Notes: generated from the sequence alone by a model not told the origin. A stretch of 64,000 nucleotides of DNA from Hypanus sabinus (GCF_030144855.1 NC_082721.1:23064001-23128000); one strand, 5' to 3'. Shown: positions 13,794-25,460, counted from the stretch's first letter. Numbers and translations: made by a program.

Positions 13794-14980
13794 TTAACTT
13801 TGCATTCAACTTCCACCCTATCCTTAAATTCACTTGGTCCATTTCCGATACCTCCCTCCCCTCTATTGATGTCTCCGTCTCAATCTCTGGAGGCAAACAG
13901 TCTACCAATATCTTATACCAATCTACTAATTCCCACGGTGATCTTGACTCTAGCTCTTCTCACCCTGTCTACAATAAAAATGGTATTCCCTTTTCTGTTC
14001 TTTTGTCTCATGATGAGACTTTCCAGGTCATCAGAGATATTGTCCTCCTTCAAAGAATATGATTTCCCTTCCTCTACCATTAATTCTGCTCTCACCCACA
14101 TCTCTATTTCCTGGGCATCTGTACTCACCCATCTTCCCACCCCCAGCCCCCCCGCCTTAACAGGAATAGAGTTCCTCTTGTCCTTACCTTCCACCCCATG
14201 AGCCTCCATATTCAACACATTATTTTCTGTAACTTCCATCATCTTAAATGGAATGCTACCACCAAGCACATCTTTACCACCCCTTCCACTCTCCACTTTC
14301 CGCAGGGATTGCTTTCTCCGTGATTCCCTTGTCCATTTGCTCCTCCCCGCTGATCTCTCTTCCAGCGCATTTTCCTGCAAGTGATAGATATGCCACATTT
14401 GCCCATTTACCTTCTCCCTTAACTCCATTCAGGGCCCCCAAACAGTCCTTCCCGGTGAGGCAATACTTTACCTATGAATCTGTTAGGGTCGTATTGTATC
14501 TGGTGCTCCCGATGCGGCTTCCTCCACATTGGTGAAACCCGACCTAAATTGGGTGACCTCAATTCCATCCACCAAAACCAGAATTTCCCAGTGGCCAACC
14601 ATTTTGATTCCTATCCCCATTCCTGTTCTGACGTGGCCTCCTCTTTTGCCATGGTGAAGCCACTTTCAGGGTGGAGAAGCAACACTTCATATTCCTTCTA
14701 AGTAGCCTCCAACCAATGGCATGAACGTCAATTTCTCCTTCCAGTAGTTTTTTCTCTGCCCTTTCTCTTCTATTCCCCACTCTAGCCTCCTAACTCTACT
14801 TCTCACCTGGCTATCACCTCCCCTTGGTGCTCTCCTCTTTTCCCTTTCTCCCATAGACCACTCTCCCCTCCTGTTACCTTCTAACAGCTGCTTGTCCTTC
14901 CCCTTCCCCCACCTTTTTATTTTGATCTTTCCCCTTTCTTTCCAGTCCCGAAGAGTCTCAGCCCAAAACATCGACTGTTT
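13794..14980 (+). mobile_element. Penelope-like element 3' part (RT end, Cys-rich linker, GIY-YIG endonuclease, terminal repeat with hammerhead remnant)
   Basis: GIY-YIG-like YCIWCSRCGFLHIGET..PVANHF. A C-x4-C-x2-C linker near 14375-14405 is Neptune-like. The element ends in ccagtcc-cgaagagtctcagcccaaaacatcgactg. Confidence 0.87.
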
Positions 14981-16914
14981 ATACCACTGGCCAGCTTGCA
15001 TGTAACAGTGATAAACCAATTAATTTTCAAAAACACAATCTTGCTATTTCTGCCTTGGCTGGAACCCAGTTTTCATAAAGCAATGCTTTCCTTAAAATGT
15101 TAACCACTATTTTCTGTAATTGTTGCATGAAGGAATCATTGTTTTGATTTGCTTTAGTTAGAGCCAAGCACAATGCAGGTGATTTATATTTACACCCAAC
15201 TCCAAAAAAGGCCTTTGTAGTAATATTTTTAATTATCATAGAACAATGTTTTTAACTTGGCTTCTGTCTTGCATTTTAACATTTGCTTAAACCATGCTGC
15301 CTGACTTCTGAGTCTGTGCTTTAATTCTATTTAAGTCAAAAGGCCTGAAGGCATAGTACAACAGTCTAGAGTCTGGAGCCAGTTAATGACTTGTGACTCT
15401 CAAATTCTGAACTGTGTTTTGAACGAGTCAATGGAACCCACCCATTGAATCATGTAAATTAATTTCAATTTGGCTGCTTCTGTCTCTGTAAGATATTGTT
15501 TTAGCAAGCTACTACTCCTAATCCTAATAGTCTTCATTTATTTTGAGGTTAGAATAGAGGAAGAAACTGATTTCTGGCAACAATCCATTTCTGCTAGCAT
15601 TTTAGCTGCAAAATTTTGCAAATTTAACCATTGCACAAGGAGAAAAATCTTTGTGCAGAGCTTCTCCTTCGGCAGTCCCTTGGAGTTAAAATGGCTTTTC
15701 TACATTAATTCTGTTCCTGTGATGGTTGGCAAGTCTTATGCAGACCCTTATCAGAGGTGATTGAGGGATGAGTTTCTACACTCCTTGTGTTGTTTTTGCT
15801 TGGGTCTCTTCTTGTTCCTTTCAGACAAGGTGATAGGTTTCTGGGAGTGGGGAAATACTTCCTTCACCTTGAGTAGTCATGGGTTAGTAGTTTCCAATAA
15901 GTAAAATAGGAAGCAAATCTCTTATTGGAATGGAAATCCTTTGGGAGTCTGCCATATGGATAATGTGGCTTGATCTTCTGAAATGGATTAATGCAGTAAG
16001 AACCCTCATTCTTTATTCACTTACCCTAATGGATTGGAAGACTTGCAAAGAAATGCATTGTTAGTACCACTCCAATGCTTGAAAGGATTTCAGCCAGACT
16101 GTCTCCAAAGCATACAGGAGGGTGGTGATCACTATTGTCTAGTAGACCACATGCTTGCTGCTGAACTTGAGTTCTTGATTTTCAGGCACTCTTCCTCAAA
16201 TGGACAAAGTCTGCACTGGGCATTGTATTGAATTAAATTATTGATGGATGCCTTTGTTGAGCTGTACCTCCTGAGGTACAACAAATGATCCACTTTTTCC
16301 AAAGCTGTAAAATGAACTTTTAAGGAGGCAGTTGAGAAGGACTATGGTGATGACATCCCCTGCACAAGTAACAGGGAGATTCCTCTGTAATTATTCCAAC
16401 AATTTTGTCATCTTTCTTGAGAAAATAAGATTATGGCATCTGTCATCCTCTTCCCAGATAGTATTATGCCAATACCTTCATGGATGTTGTTGCTCCAGAA
16501 GATTTGCTTTCCAGCTCATGCCTTTTGTCAGGCTTTGGTGCTGAGATTGAACTGATGTGTTACAGAATAGAGACAAGAACATGTGTCATGAATGGTCTTG
16601 ACCTAGAAATCCTTTGTGCTTCTTCTAACAAGTACTGACTGTTTCTCTCTCTCCACATGTAGCTCGCCTTTAGCGAGGATAATGATTAGGCTTTTGGACC
16701 ATACATTGTTTTGATATTGATAAAGGATCCACCCCTGGTGTGGTTATCATCCCGTTGCTGGACCTCCTTCCCTCTTTTCTATCACCAAAATTGATGGTGT
16801 TTGTTGTTGTTGTTGGAACTTAGCATGTAGGTACCTGCAGAACTATTGCTTTTAATCTCTTTAGACATGACAGAGCTTGCAAACCAGGAAGGAAAATTTA
16901 ATGGAGCATTGACA

Positions 16915-17315
16915 TGATGGAATTTAAGATGGTGCATTTTAGGAGTTCATATAAGGGTAGGATGTGTAGAGTAAATGATAGGGCATTAAGGATGTTGATA
17001 AACAGAGGAACCTTGAGGGTTCAAGTTCAGTTCCCTAATGTGGCAGCATAGATAGGATGGTTTAAAAAAAAATAGATGACATAATTGTCTTTGGAACATT
17101 ATGTTGCAATTTTATAAAACATTTGGAGGATTGTGTGCTATTCTGGTCACTGTACTGTAGAAAGAACGTGGTTGTTATTGAGAGAGTGCAAAGGAGATTC
17201 ACCAGGATGTTACCTGGATTAGAAGACTCTAGTTATGGGGAAAGATTGTATAGGCTGGGTTTGTTTTCTCTGGAGGAAAATGACTGAAGGGTAACCTGAT
17301 AAAGGTACATGCAAT
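16915..17315 (+). repeat. Old CR1 ORF2 fragment
   Basis: Decayed MEFK..VHF, CVLFWS, RVQRRFTRMLPGL and RLYRLGLFSLE. Confidence 0.75.
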
Positions 17316-18589
17316 TATAAGAGCCATTGTTGGACATCATCTCTTTCCTTGATAAATCTACACTGCCTCTGCTCACTCACATGAGAATTACCTCTTAAAA
17401 AATATATTGTGTTCACAATCCAAACTTGGAAGAATTTTAATCTGTGCTGGAATAAAACTGTAATTGAAATAGTGTTTGGACCATTGAGTACAAGTAAATT
17501 GGGTTGACCATTGCTGAGTAACATATAAAGAATGGGAAAAATTACTTTCTCCTTTCCCAGCAGCAGCACATCATTGGAATTGCACAATACGTATTCCAGC
17601 ACACAACCTATTATTTGGCACTAATCGCCTTTCTCTCTTCCCCCCCCCCCACTTGCAAAATACAGAAGTCTCAGTGAGCTAGTATTTTCACTTCAAAATA
17701 TTAAATATTATTTATAACAAAAAATATTACTAACACACAACATTATGACACATACAGGATGTTTTGGTTTTATTGTGAATTCTTTAAAGTTGACCGGAAG
17801 GATTTAAGTGGGCATACTGGCAGGTGTACTTTATAATCAATAAAAACAGCTGATCTTTTTTGAGTAGGCTGTAATATTTTGCAATGTTTCCTGTTATGCA
17901 CAGAGTCCAATCTTGCTTTGCTCTTATTTTTGGTATTTGTTTTTGAATGTTCAAAAGCAGTGAAAAGTTGCCATTGAAGGAAATTGTCAAAATTTCAGAG
18001 CAATTTGTTCTAAGTAGAATGAAACTGTGTTCCATTTGTGCAAATATTAGACAAAGACTACAACTACTGTTTGAAATTGATTAACAGGTTGAAATGAGAT
18101 TTTTTTAATTAGGTGGGAACTTCCATAGTTTAAAAGGATTATATTCCATCATTAATTTATAATTCAATTAAGTTTTCAATTTATCACGGAAGGTCAAATC
18201 CCAATTAAAATTGAGTAAAATCAAGATTTTAATCAAATTATTATGGAGTATTGTTTCAGACTTCATGACACGAGTTTCCAATTTTGGAGATTTAGTATCC
18301 TCAATATCTACTAATTTCATCATGCTTTCTCCTTTCTATATAGTTTGTAACAGTTGGTGCTAATGTTTAATTGTGTGTCAATGGCTGCCAGGTTCTGTAG
18401 TTTTGTTGTGTCTCAAGTATGGATTTATGCTTCCAGAAGAAATGTTTGAGAATTCAGGAGCGGGAGTGCCAGCTGATAAATTCTTTTCATATTACAATTT
18501 GAAATGAGGGTTATGCAGCCAATTGAGTCTATGCTTGATCATAACATGTTCCCAATCTCCCTTTTGTTTACTATTCTCTCTCAAGTACG

Positions 18590-18815
18590 TAACCCATCAA
18601 GAGCACCCTGCCCCATCCCTCAGTCAGCTGCCAGTATCATGAGTAATTTATAATAGCCAGTTAAACTGCCAACCAGGCATTTAATAGGACATGGGAAACA
18701 TGGTCACAGGGAAACACACCAAATCCACAAAGAGAGTGGTGGAATTCAGGATCAAACTCAGATTACTAGAACTGTGAAGCAGCAACTGCACCACCTATTT
18801 CACTGCTGTATCACC
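18590..18815 (-). repeat. tRNA-derived V-SINE-like remnant
   Basis: Its reverse complement resembles the + strand copy at 20546 (tRNA-like head and gtggatttg..tgtttccc core). Confidence 0.5.
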
Positions 18816-18940
18816 CTTTCCCTTCCAACCCCCAAGCATTCAGATCGAGTTTAAATGAAACTCTAGTACTCTCTGGCTCTAGTAATGATTTATTTTGTTA
18901 CGGTTATTGTGTTTGTCGGTAGCCCAGTATTTATCATATA

Positions 18941-20410
18941 CAGTGCCTTTAAAAAGGGATTTTTTATTATTTTAAAACATTTGAATCATAGTGGATTTAA
19001 TTTGGCTTTTTTGACACTGATCAACAGAAAAGATTCTTTCGTGTCAAAGTGAAAACAAATATCTACAAGTTGCTCTAAATATATTACAATTCTTAAACAA
19101 TAATTGATTGCATAATTACTCACCCTTCCAAGTCAGTATTTAGTAGATGCACCTTTGAGTCTGTCTGGATAGGTCTCTATTAGCTTTGTACAACTTGACA
19201 CTGCAATTGTTCCCCATTCATCTTTACAAAACTGCTCAAGCTTTGACAGATAGCATAGGGATCGTGAGTGAATAGTTCTTTTCAAGTCCAGCTACAAATT
19301 TTCAATTGGATTGAGGTCTGGACTCTGAGTTGCCTCCTCCAGAATATTAACTTTGTTGTTTTTAAGGCATTCCTGTGTACCTTTGGATTTATGCTTGTGG
19401 TCATTATCTTGCTAGAAAGCAAATGTCCCAAGTTGCAGATCTCTTGCAGACTGCATCTGGTTTTCGTCCAGGGTTTCCCTGTATTTTGCTGCATTCATTT
19501 TACCTTCTACCTTCCCAAGCCTTCCAGGGCCCGCTGCAGTGAAGCGTCCCCACAGCATGATGCAGCCACCACCATGCTTCACGGTAGGGATGGTATGTTT
19601 TTTATGATATGTGGTGTGTGGCTTACACAAAACATAGCATTTAGTCTGATGGCCAAAAAGCTCAATTTAGGTTTCATCAGACCATAGAACCTTCTTCCAG
19701 TTGACTTCAGAGTCTCCCATATGCCTTCTGGCAAACTCTAGCCAAGAGTTCTTATGAGTTTTTTCAACAGTGGCTTTCTCTTTGCTACTCTTCCATAAAC
19801 TTGCAACTGATGAAGCTCCTGAGCAACAGTTGTTGTATGTGCGGTCTCTCCCATTTCAGCCTTTGAAGCTTGTAACTCCTCTATGGTTGTCATGGGTCTT
19901 TTGGTGGCCTCCCTCACTAGACTCCTTCTTGCATGGTCATTCAGCTTTTAAGGATGACCTGCTCTAGGCAGATGTACAGCTGTATCCTATTCTTTCCATT
20001 TTTTGATTGACTTAACAGTACTCAAAGGGATATTCAGTAACTTAAAAATTTTATTGTATCCATCTCTTGACTTCTGCGTTTCAATAACCTTCTTGCAGAG
20101 TTGCTTGAAAAGTCCTTTGTCTTCATGGTGTATTTTTACTACAATCAATTGAAACACCTTGACTGCACACAGGTGACTTACCAGTGATGACTTGGTGTCA
20201 TGTCAAAGGGGTTGAATACTTGTGCAATCAATTATTTTGTGTTTTATATTTGGAATTAATTTTGATCACTTTGTGGGGATCTGTTTTCACTTTGACACGA
20301 AAACTTTTCTGTTTATCAGTTTCAAAAAAAGCCAAAATAAATCCATTGTGATTCAATGTTATAAAACATAATAACTTCCAAAGGGGGGTGAATACTTTTT
20401 GCAGGCACTG
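18941..20410 (-). mobile_element. Tc1-like DNA transposon, decayed and internally deleted
   Basis: Termini are TA|CAGTGCCT...AGGCACTG|TA with roughly 200-bp inverted repeats. The transposase fragment reads TVKHGGGCIMLWGRFTAAGPGRL..MNAAKYRETLDEN. Confidence 0.92.
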
Positions 20411-20545
20411 TACCTTTTGAGAATTGATTTTTTTTTTCTTTGAAGCATTGTTGGAATATAGCACTTAAGATTCATCAAAAAGAAACCTTATGACTAGATG
20501 CATTCCAGATCGTTAGGGTTTGAATGTTTGCTTTTGATTCAGTTT

Positions 20546-20810
20546 GGCACAGTGGTGTACCTAATATAGCTGCTGTCTCACAGCTCAAGTGACCTGAGTT
20601 CATTCCTGACCTCAAGTCCTGTTGGTGTGGAGTTTGCACATTCTCCCAGTGACCTGGTGCTCCAAGGCTGGTGGATTTGCTTGCCACTGTAAATTGCCCA
20701 TAGTGATAGAGTCCAAAAGGAATTGATGGGGAGGCGGGGGGAAATGAATAGGTTCCATGCAAAATAAAGAAGGAATGTGATTGGTCTGTGAGCTGGCATG
20801 GTGTCCTATG
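20546..20810 (+). repeat. tRNA-derived V-SINE-like element
   Basis: A-box/B-box-like head (ggcacagtggtg...gagttcattcc) followed by a gtgtggagtttgcacattctccc core and taaattgccc. Confidence 0.65.
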
Positions 20811-21315
20811 ACTTAAGTAAATATGCAATTAGTGTTTAGTTGAATGTCAGGTATTCTCAGTTATTTAAATAATAGATTTGATATGTCGATTTTCAGTTTC
20901 CATAAAGTGTAAAAAAATAAGTGATTATTTAAAAAAGTTTATCTGTTATTTCATCAGAAAATTCATTTTTCCACTGTAATGCTAGACACTGATCAGTGCA
21001 TCCCACAAAAAATAAATCTATTCGTTATCTTTAAAAAAACTCGGAGCATTTTGAGAGCCACATACAACTTCGATGAAACAAAATGAATATTTTAATTCTG
21101 CTGTTAATATGTTGTAAAGCACCTGCATGTGCAATACATAGATAGGATCATATTTGGCTATCAGGCCTTCATATTTTTTTTGTTGATTCTCATTGCAGTT
21201 TGACGATAGCTGACACTTTGGTATCTATACCCTAGAATAAATGGTGCCCTATGAAGAGAAGAGCAAAAATTAGAAATAATACTTCTATGCCACATTAAGA
21301 AGGTTAAGTTAGTAT

Positions 21316-21530
21316 TGTAGCGGTGTGCTACAAGCAGCGCTAAAATTACGACACGGAGTCGGTAGCTGCAGTCGAAGGAAAAACTTTATTCGAAAACTTC
21401 AGCCTCACTTTTTAAGCCTCTGTCAACCGGCCCCCCATGGCGAAGAGGCTCCAAAGCTCTGTGCTCGCAAACCCCCGTAGGCTATCTAATTGTGAGTCGG
21501 TTCGGATACGCTAGGAAATGAGGCGCTACA
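21316..21530 (-). repeat. 3' LTR
   Basis: TG...CA termini with a 7-bp inverted repeat. On the minus strand there is a TTAAAAA box (21409-21415) and AATAAA (21385-21390). A G9 polypurine tract precedes it at 21534-21542. Confidence 0.95.
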
Positions 21531-23912
21531 TAACCCCCCCCCAGAACCGGCGATACACCCCCCAATGTCCACAGCCTGGGCCAGAACCTGCTTGGGAGGT
21601 CGGCCTCTGCGCCGAGGCGCCGGAAACTCGGCCGGTTGCGCCAGGTCCACATGGGCCGGCTTGAGGCGGTCCACCGTGAAAACCTCCTCCTTCCCCCCAA
21701 CGTCCAGCACGAACGTGGACCCGTTGTTCCGGAGCACCGTAAACGGCCCCTCGTATGGCCGCTGCAGCGGTGGCCGATGCCCGCCCCTTCGTACAAACAC
21801 AAACTTACAGTTCCGTAGGTCTTTGGGTACGCAGGTCGGGTGCCGCCCATGCTGTGAAGTGGGTATGGGGGCCAGGTTACCGAGCTTCTCGCGAAGTCTG
21901 CCCAGGACTGCAGCGGGTTCTTCCTCTTGCCCCCTCGGGGCTGGTAGGAACTCCCCGGGGACGGCCAGGGGCGCGCCGTATACCAACTCGGCCGACGAGG
22001 CGTGCAGGTCGTCCTTGGGCGCTGTGCGGATGCCGAGAAGGACCCAGGGAAGCTCGTCCGCCCAGTTGGCTCCCCGCAGGCGGGCCATGAGGGCCGACTT
22101 CAGGTGACGGTGGAAACGCTCCACTAGCCCGTTCGACTGTGGGTGGTAGGCAGTGGTGTGGTGCAGCTGAGTCCCCAAAAGGCTGGCCATAGCTGACCAC
22201 AGGCTGGAGGTGAACTGGGCGCCTCTGTCGGAGGTAATGTGGGCTGGTACACCAAAGCGGGATATCCAGGTGGCGAGCAGGGCTCGGGCGCAAGATTCGG
22301 AGGTGGTGTCGGTGAGCGGGACCGCCTCTGGCCATCTTGTGAACCGGTCCACGATAGTCAGGAGGTAACGCGCTCCGCGCGACACTGGCAGGGGGCCCAC
22401 GATATCCACATGAATGTGGTCGAAACGCCGGTGGGCGGGATGGAACTGCTGCGGTGGGGCTTTGGTGTGCCGCTGAACCTTGGCCGTCTGGCAGTGCATG
22501 CACGTTCTGGCCCATTCACTGACCTGTTTGCGGAGACCGTGCCAAACGAACCTGCTGGAAACCAGCCGGACAGTTGTCCGGATGGAGGGATGCGCCAAGT
22601 TATGAATGGAGTCGAAAACACGTCGCCGCCAGGCTGCGGGGACGACCGGACGGGGCCGGCCGGTGGCGACGTCACAGAGTAGGGTCCTCTCACCTGGGCC
22701 CACGGGGAAGTCCTGGAGCTGCAAACCAGAGACCGCAGTCCTGTAACTCGGAATCTCCTCATCTACCTGCTGTGCCTCTCCCAGTGCCTCAAAGTCTACC
22801 CCTTGGGAAAGGGCATGAACGGTAGGGCGAGAGAGCGCATCCGCCACGACATTGTCCTTACCCGAGACGTGCCGGACATCCGTTGTGTATTCAGAGATGT
22901 AGGACAGGTGGCGTTGCTGGCGGGATGACCAGGGGTCGGATGCTTTCGTAAACGCAAAGGTAAGCGGTTTGTGGTCCGTGAACGCGGTGAAGGGCCGACC
23001 TTCTAGGAAGTACCTGAAATGCCGGATTGCCAGGTAGAGCGCCAACAGTTCCCGGTCAAAAGCACTGTACTTGAGCTCGGGTGGCCGCAGGTGTTTGCTG
23101 AAAAACGCCAGGGGTTGCCAGCGACCTGCGATGAGCTGCTCCAGCACCCCACCGACTGCCGTGTTTGATGCGTCCACTGTGAGGGCGGTAGGGGTGTCCA
23201 TTCTGGGATGTACTAGCATTGCGGCGTCAGCCAAAGCTTCCTTCGTTTGAACGAAAGCGGCGGCGGACTCCTCGTCCCAGGTAATGTTCTTGCTCGGACC
23301 CGACATCAGGGCGAACAGGGGGCGCATGATCCGGGCAGCTGAAGGGAGGAAGCGGCGGTAGAAATTGACCATACCTACGAATTCCTGAAGGCCTTTGATC
23401 GTGGTGGGTCGGGGGAAGTGGCGGACCGCATCTACCTTAGCGGGCAGAGGGGTTGCCCCGTCTTTAGTAATCCTGTGGCCCAGGAAGTCAATGGTATCAA
23501 GTCCGAACTGGCATTTGGCAGGGTTGATTATAAGACCGTACTCACTCAGTCGGGCGCAGAGTTGACGGAGGTGGGACAGATGCTCCTGACGACTGCCGCT
23601 GGCTATGAGGATGTCATCCAGGTGCAGTAAACGGGCAGCCCGCTCGCGCCGTGAGAGTCCGAAAGTCCTGAGGAGCAGGGCTTTGAATTCCGTGTACTTG
23701 CCGTCTGCCGGGGGCGACTGTACGAACTCCGCGACCTGGGCAGCTGTGTCCTGGTCGAGGGAGCCCACCACGTAGTAGTAGCGGGTGTCTTCTGAGGTGA
23801 TCCGGCGAACGTGGAATTGGGCTTCGGCTTGCTGGAACCATAGGTCCGGGCGCTGTGTCCAGAAACCCGGCAGTTTCAACGAAACCGCATGAACAGAGGC
23901 GGCGTCGGTCAT
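21486..23912 (-). CDS. 808-aa fused Gag(N-term)-RT(C-term)-RNase H-integrase ORF of the Gypsy element
   Basis: ATG at 23912 (MTDAASVHAVSLKLPGFW..WFQQAEAQF). The junction reads LLHLDDILIAS. RNase H motifs are VDAS, DRELLA, TDHKPL and ADALSR. Integrase has HHCC (HNLAH..CMHC), D-D-E (HVDIVGP, SDRGAQF, NGLVERFH) and GPF. The stop codon lies inside the 3' LTR. Confidence 0.92.
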   Translation of the reverse strand: MTDAASVHAVSLKLPGFWTQRPDLWFQQAEAQFHVRRITSEDTRYYYVVGSLDQDTAAQVAEFVQSPPADGKYTEFKALLLRTFGLSRRERAARLLHLDDILIASGSRQEHLSHLRQLCARLSEYGLIINPAKCQFGLDTIDFLGHRITKDGATPLPAKVDAVRHFPRPTTIKGLQEFVGMVNFYRRFLPSAARIMRPLFALMSGPSKNITWDEESAAAFVQTKEALADAAMLVHPRMDTPTALTVDASNTAVGGVLEQLIAGRWQPLAFFSKHLRPPELKYSAFDRELLALYLAIRHFRYFLEGRPFTAFTDHKPLTFAFTKASDPWSSRQQRHLSYISEYTTDVRHVSGKDNVVADALSRPTVHALSQGVDFEALGEAQQVDEEIPSYRTAVSGLQLQDFPVGPGERTLLCDVATGRPRPVVPAAWRRRVFDSIHNLAHPSIRTTVRLVSSRFVWHGLRKQVSEWARTCMHCQTAKVQRHTKAPPQQFHPAHRRFDHIHVDIVGPLPVSRGARYLLTIVDRFTRWPEAVPLTDTTSESCARALLATWISRFGVPAHITSDRGAQFTSSLWSAMASLLGTQLHHTTAYHPQSNGLVERFHRHLKSALMARLRGANWADELPWVLLGIRTAPKDDLHASSAELVYGAPLAVPGEFLPAPRGQEEEPAAVLGRLREKLGNLAPIPTSQHGRHPTCVPKDLRNCKFVFVRRGGHRPPLQRPYEGPFTVLRNNGSTFVLDVGGKEEVFTVDRLKPAHVDLAQPAEFPAPRRRGRPPKQVLAQAVDIGGCIAGSGGGLCSASFPSVSEPTHN

Positions 23913-23936
23913 TTCTGGTCCAAAAATCGTTTGGAC

Positions 23937-23950
23937 CGTCGGGGTCACCA
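23937..23950 (-). promoter_or_regulatory. Primer-binding site complementary to the tRNA-Trp 3' end
   Basis: TGGTGACCCCGACG lies 2 nt downstream of the 5' LTR and matches the known tRNA-Trp PBS TGGTGACCCCGACGTGAT over 14 nt. Confidence 0.9.
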
Positions 23951-23952
23951 AT

Positions 23953-24167
23953 TGTAGCGGTGTGCTACAAGCAGCGCTAAAATTACGACACGGAGTCGGT
24001 AGCTGCAGTCGAAGGAAAAACTTTATTCGAAAACTTCAGCCTCACTTTTTAAGCCTCTGTCAACCGGCCCCCCATGGCGAAGAGGCTCCAAAGCTCTGTG
24101 CTCGCAAACCCCCGTAGGCTATCTAATTGTGAGTCGGTTCGGATACGCTAGGAAATGAGGCGCTACA
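23953..24167 (-). repeat. 5' LTR
   Basis: Direct repeat of 21316-21530, followed on the minus strand by the PBS. Confidence 0.95.
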
Positions 24168-24684
24168 GTATGATCTTATACAGTTCTGTTCCTATTTTAA
24201 ACTACACTTTGCATGACAATAATATAACATGTCCTTGCCCTATCTAGGATAGGGTGCTAGTGAATGATAATTAGTGTCAAAAAGTTTCTCACAGCAAACT
24301 GCTGCCTGTAATTTTCAAATTACCTTTTCTAAATGTATATCTGATGAGAGATTTGAAAATGTTGCAGTTTTTTTTTCTGCGGAGGATTTTTCCAGATAGA
24401 AAAGTCATCATAGAATTTATTGTAGTTACAAGCCAGAATGTGTGACAGACACTAATGTAACTCACACCACTACATTCCATACATTTACACATTCATATCA
24501 AACAAAAAATTAATTGAGCCATTATATTAGTAATACAGTTAACATGTGAATCGTAAGTACCAGAGACGCTGGTAAATTTGAGGTTTAGTAGACATGTTTA
24601 TTTCTAACATTCTTTTCATCTGACTGAGAGCGAGTGATTTGCAACTCCTTTTCAGTCTCGTGCTGACAAATTCTGCTTCGGACA

Positions 24685-24920
24685 TTATTTATTGAGATAC
24701 AGCACGGCATAGACCTTTCAATCCCTGATTTAACCCTAGCCTAATCACAGGTCAATTTACAATGACCAATTAACATACCAACTAGTTCATTTTTGGACTG
24801 TGGAAGGTAGGAAGGAAACACGTGCTGTCACAGGGAAAATGTACAAACGGCGGCAGGAATTGAATCCTAGTTGCTGGCACTGTAAAGTGTCGTGTTAACC
24901 ACTACACTACCATGCAGCCC
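24685..24920 (-). repeat. V-SINE-like element
   Basis: The reverse complement has a tRNA-like head (ggtagtgtagtggttaacacgac..ggattcaattcc) and a taaattgacc/ttaggctagggttaaat tail shared with other copies. Confidence 0.65.
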
Positions 24921-25422
24921 TGCAAATAGCAACTGTGCAATCCCTTCTGCAGATGAATTGCTTAGAAAATAAAATCCTTGGCAATAATTAAATAATTTTC
25001 TGCTTTCCAACGAAGCTAGAATAGCCAGTTTAATGTTGGAAGGAGTGAATTGCCTATTTAGACATTCTTTGTTTTAGAATATGGTAATATTTTCAAATTT
25101 AATTGTTATTGTTCCAATTTTGCATGAGAGCATTTCATTTGTGTGTGGGGGAGGGCAGGGAGAGGGGTGGGCTATCTTCGTTTATTAGGAAACATCTGCA
25201 TTGCTTGCCCTCTCCCTCCACCATAGTCCCAAATGCTTAGCCTAAATTTTGCCTGGAAATTATTTGAAGCCTACAAAAAATGCCCCTAAGCACTGACAGA
25301 AGTATTTCTATAGGTCGTCCTACACTGTTGCAATGTAATTCAATACAAATTTGAAATATATAGCTCTCAGATAATATCTTTTGTTTTCTCTCTCCATCCT
25401 AATGTTTATCTTCAACTTTTCT

Positions 25423-25460
25423 CAGTCTGATGCAAGGTTGGTGATCTGAAATATTAACTG
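25423..25460 (+). repeat. Old Penelope-derived hammerhead-like remnant about 80 nt upstream of the last GNG7 exon
   Basis: cagt-CTGATG-ca-AGGTT-ggt-GATCT-GAAAT-ATT-aactg. Stem II still pairs, but the core deviates at A9. Confidence 0.55.

Larger units (their letters stand above)
21316..24167 (-). mobile_element. Young Ty3/Gypsy LTR retrotransposon (CsRn1-like), 2852 bp, internally deleted
   Basis: Two 215-bp LTRs (TGTAGCG...CGCTACA), identical by eye. The 4-bp TSD GTAT is at 21312-21315 and 24168-24171. A tRNA-Trp PBS and a PPT are present, domain order is RT-RNaseH-IN, and the element is CpG-rich. Confidence 0.97.

Noticed and set aside
20546-20620. tRNA gene
   Set aside because: It is a decayed tRNA-like SINE head followed by the V-SINE core, with no cloverleaf.
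21482-23841. Many overlapping and antisense ORFs of 60-212 aa in the Gypsy element
   Set aside because: These are expected shadows of a GC-rich coding region and show no recognisable motifs.
23913-23951. 13-aa N-terminal extension of the 821-aa ORF call
   Set aside because: It starts at a TTG overlapping the PBS. The first ATG at 23912 gives the typical Gag start.
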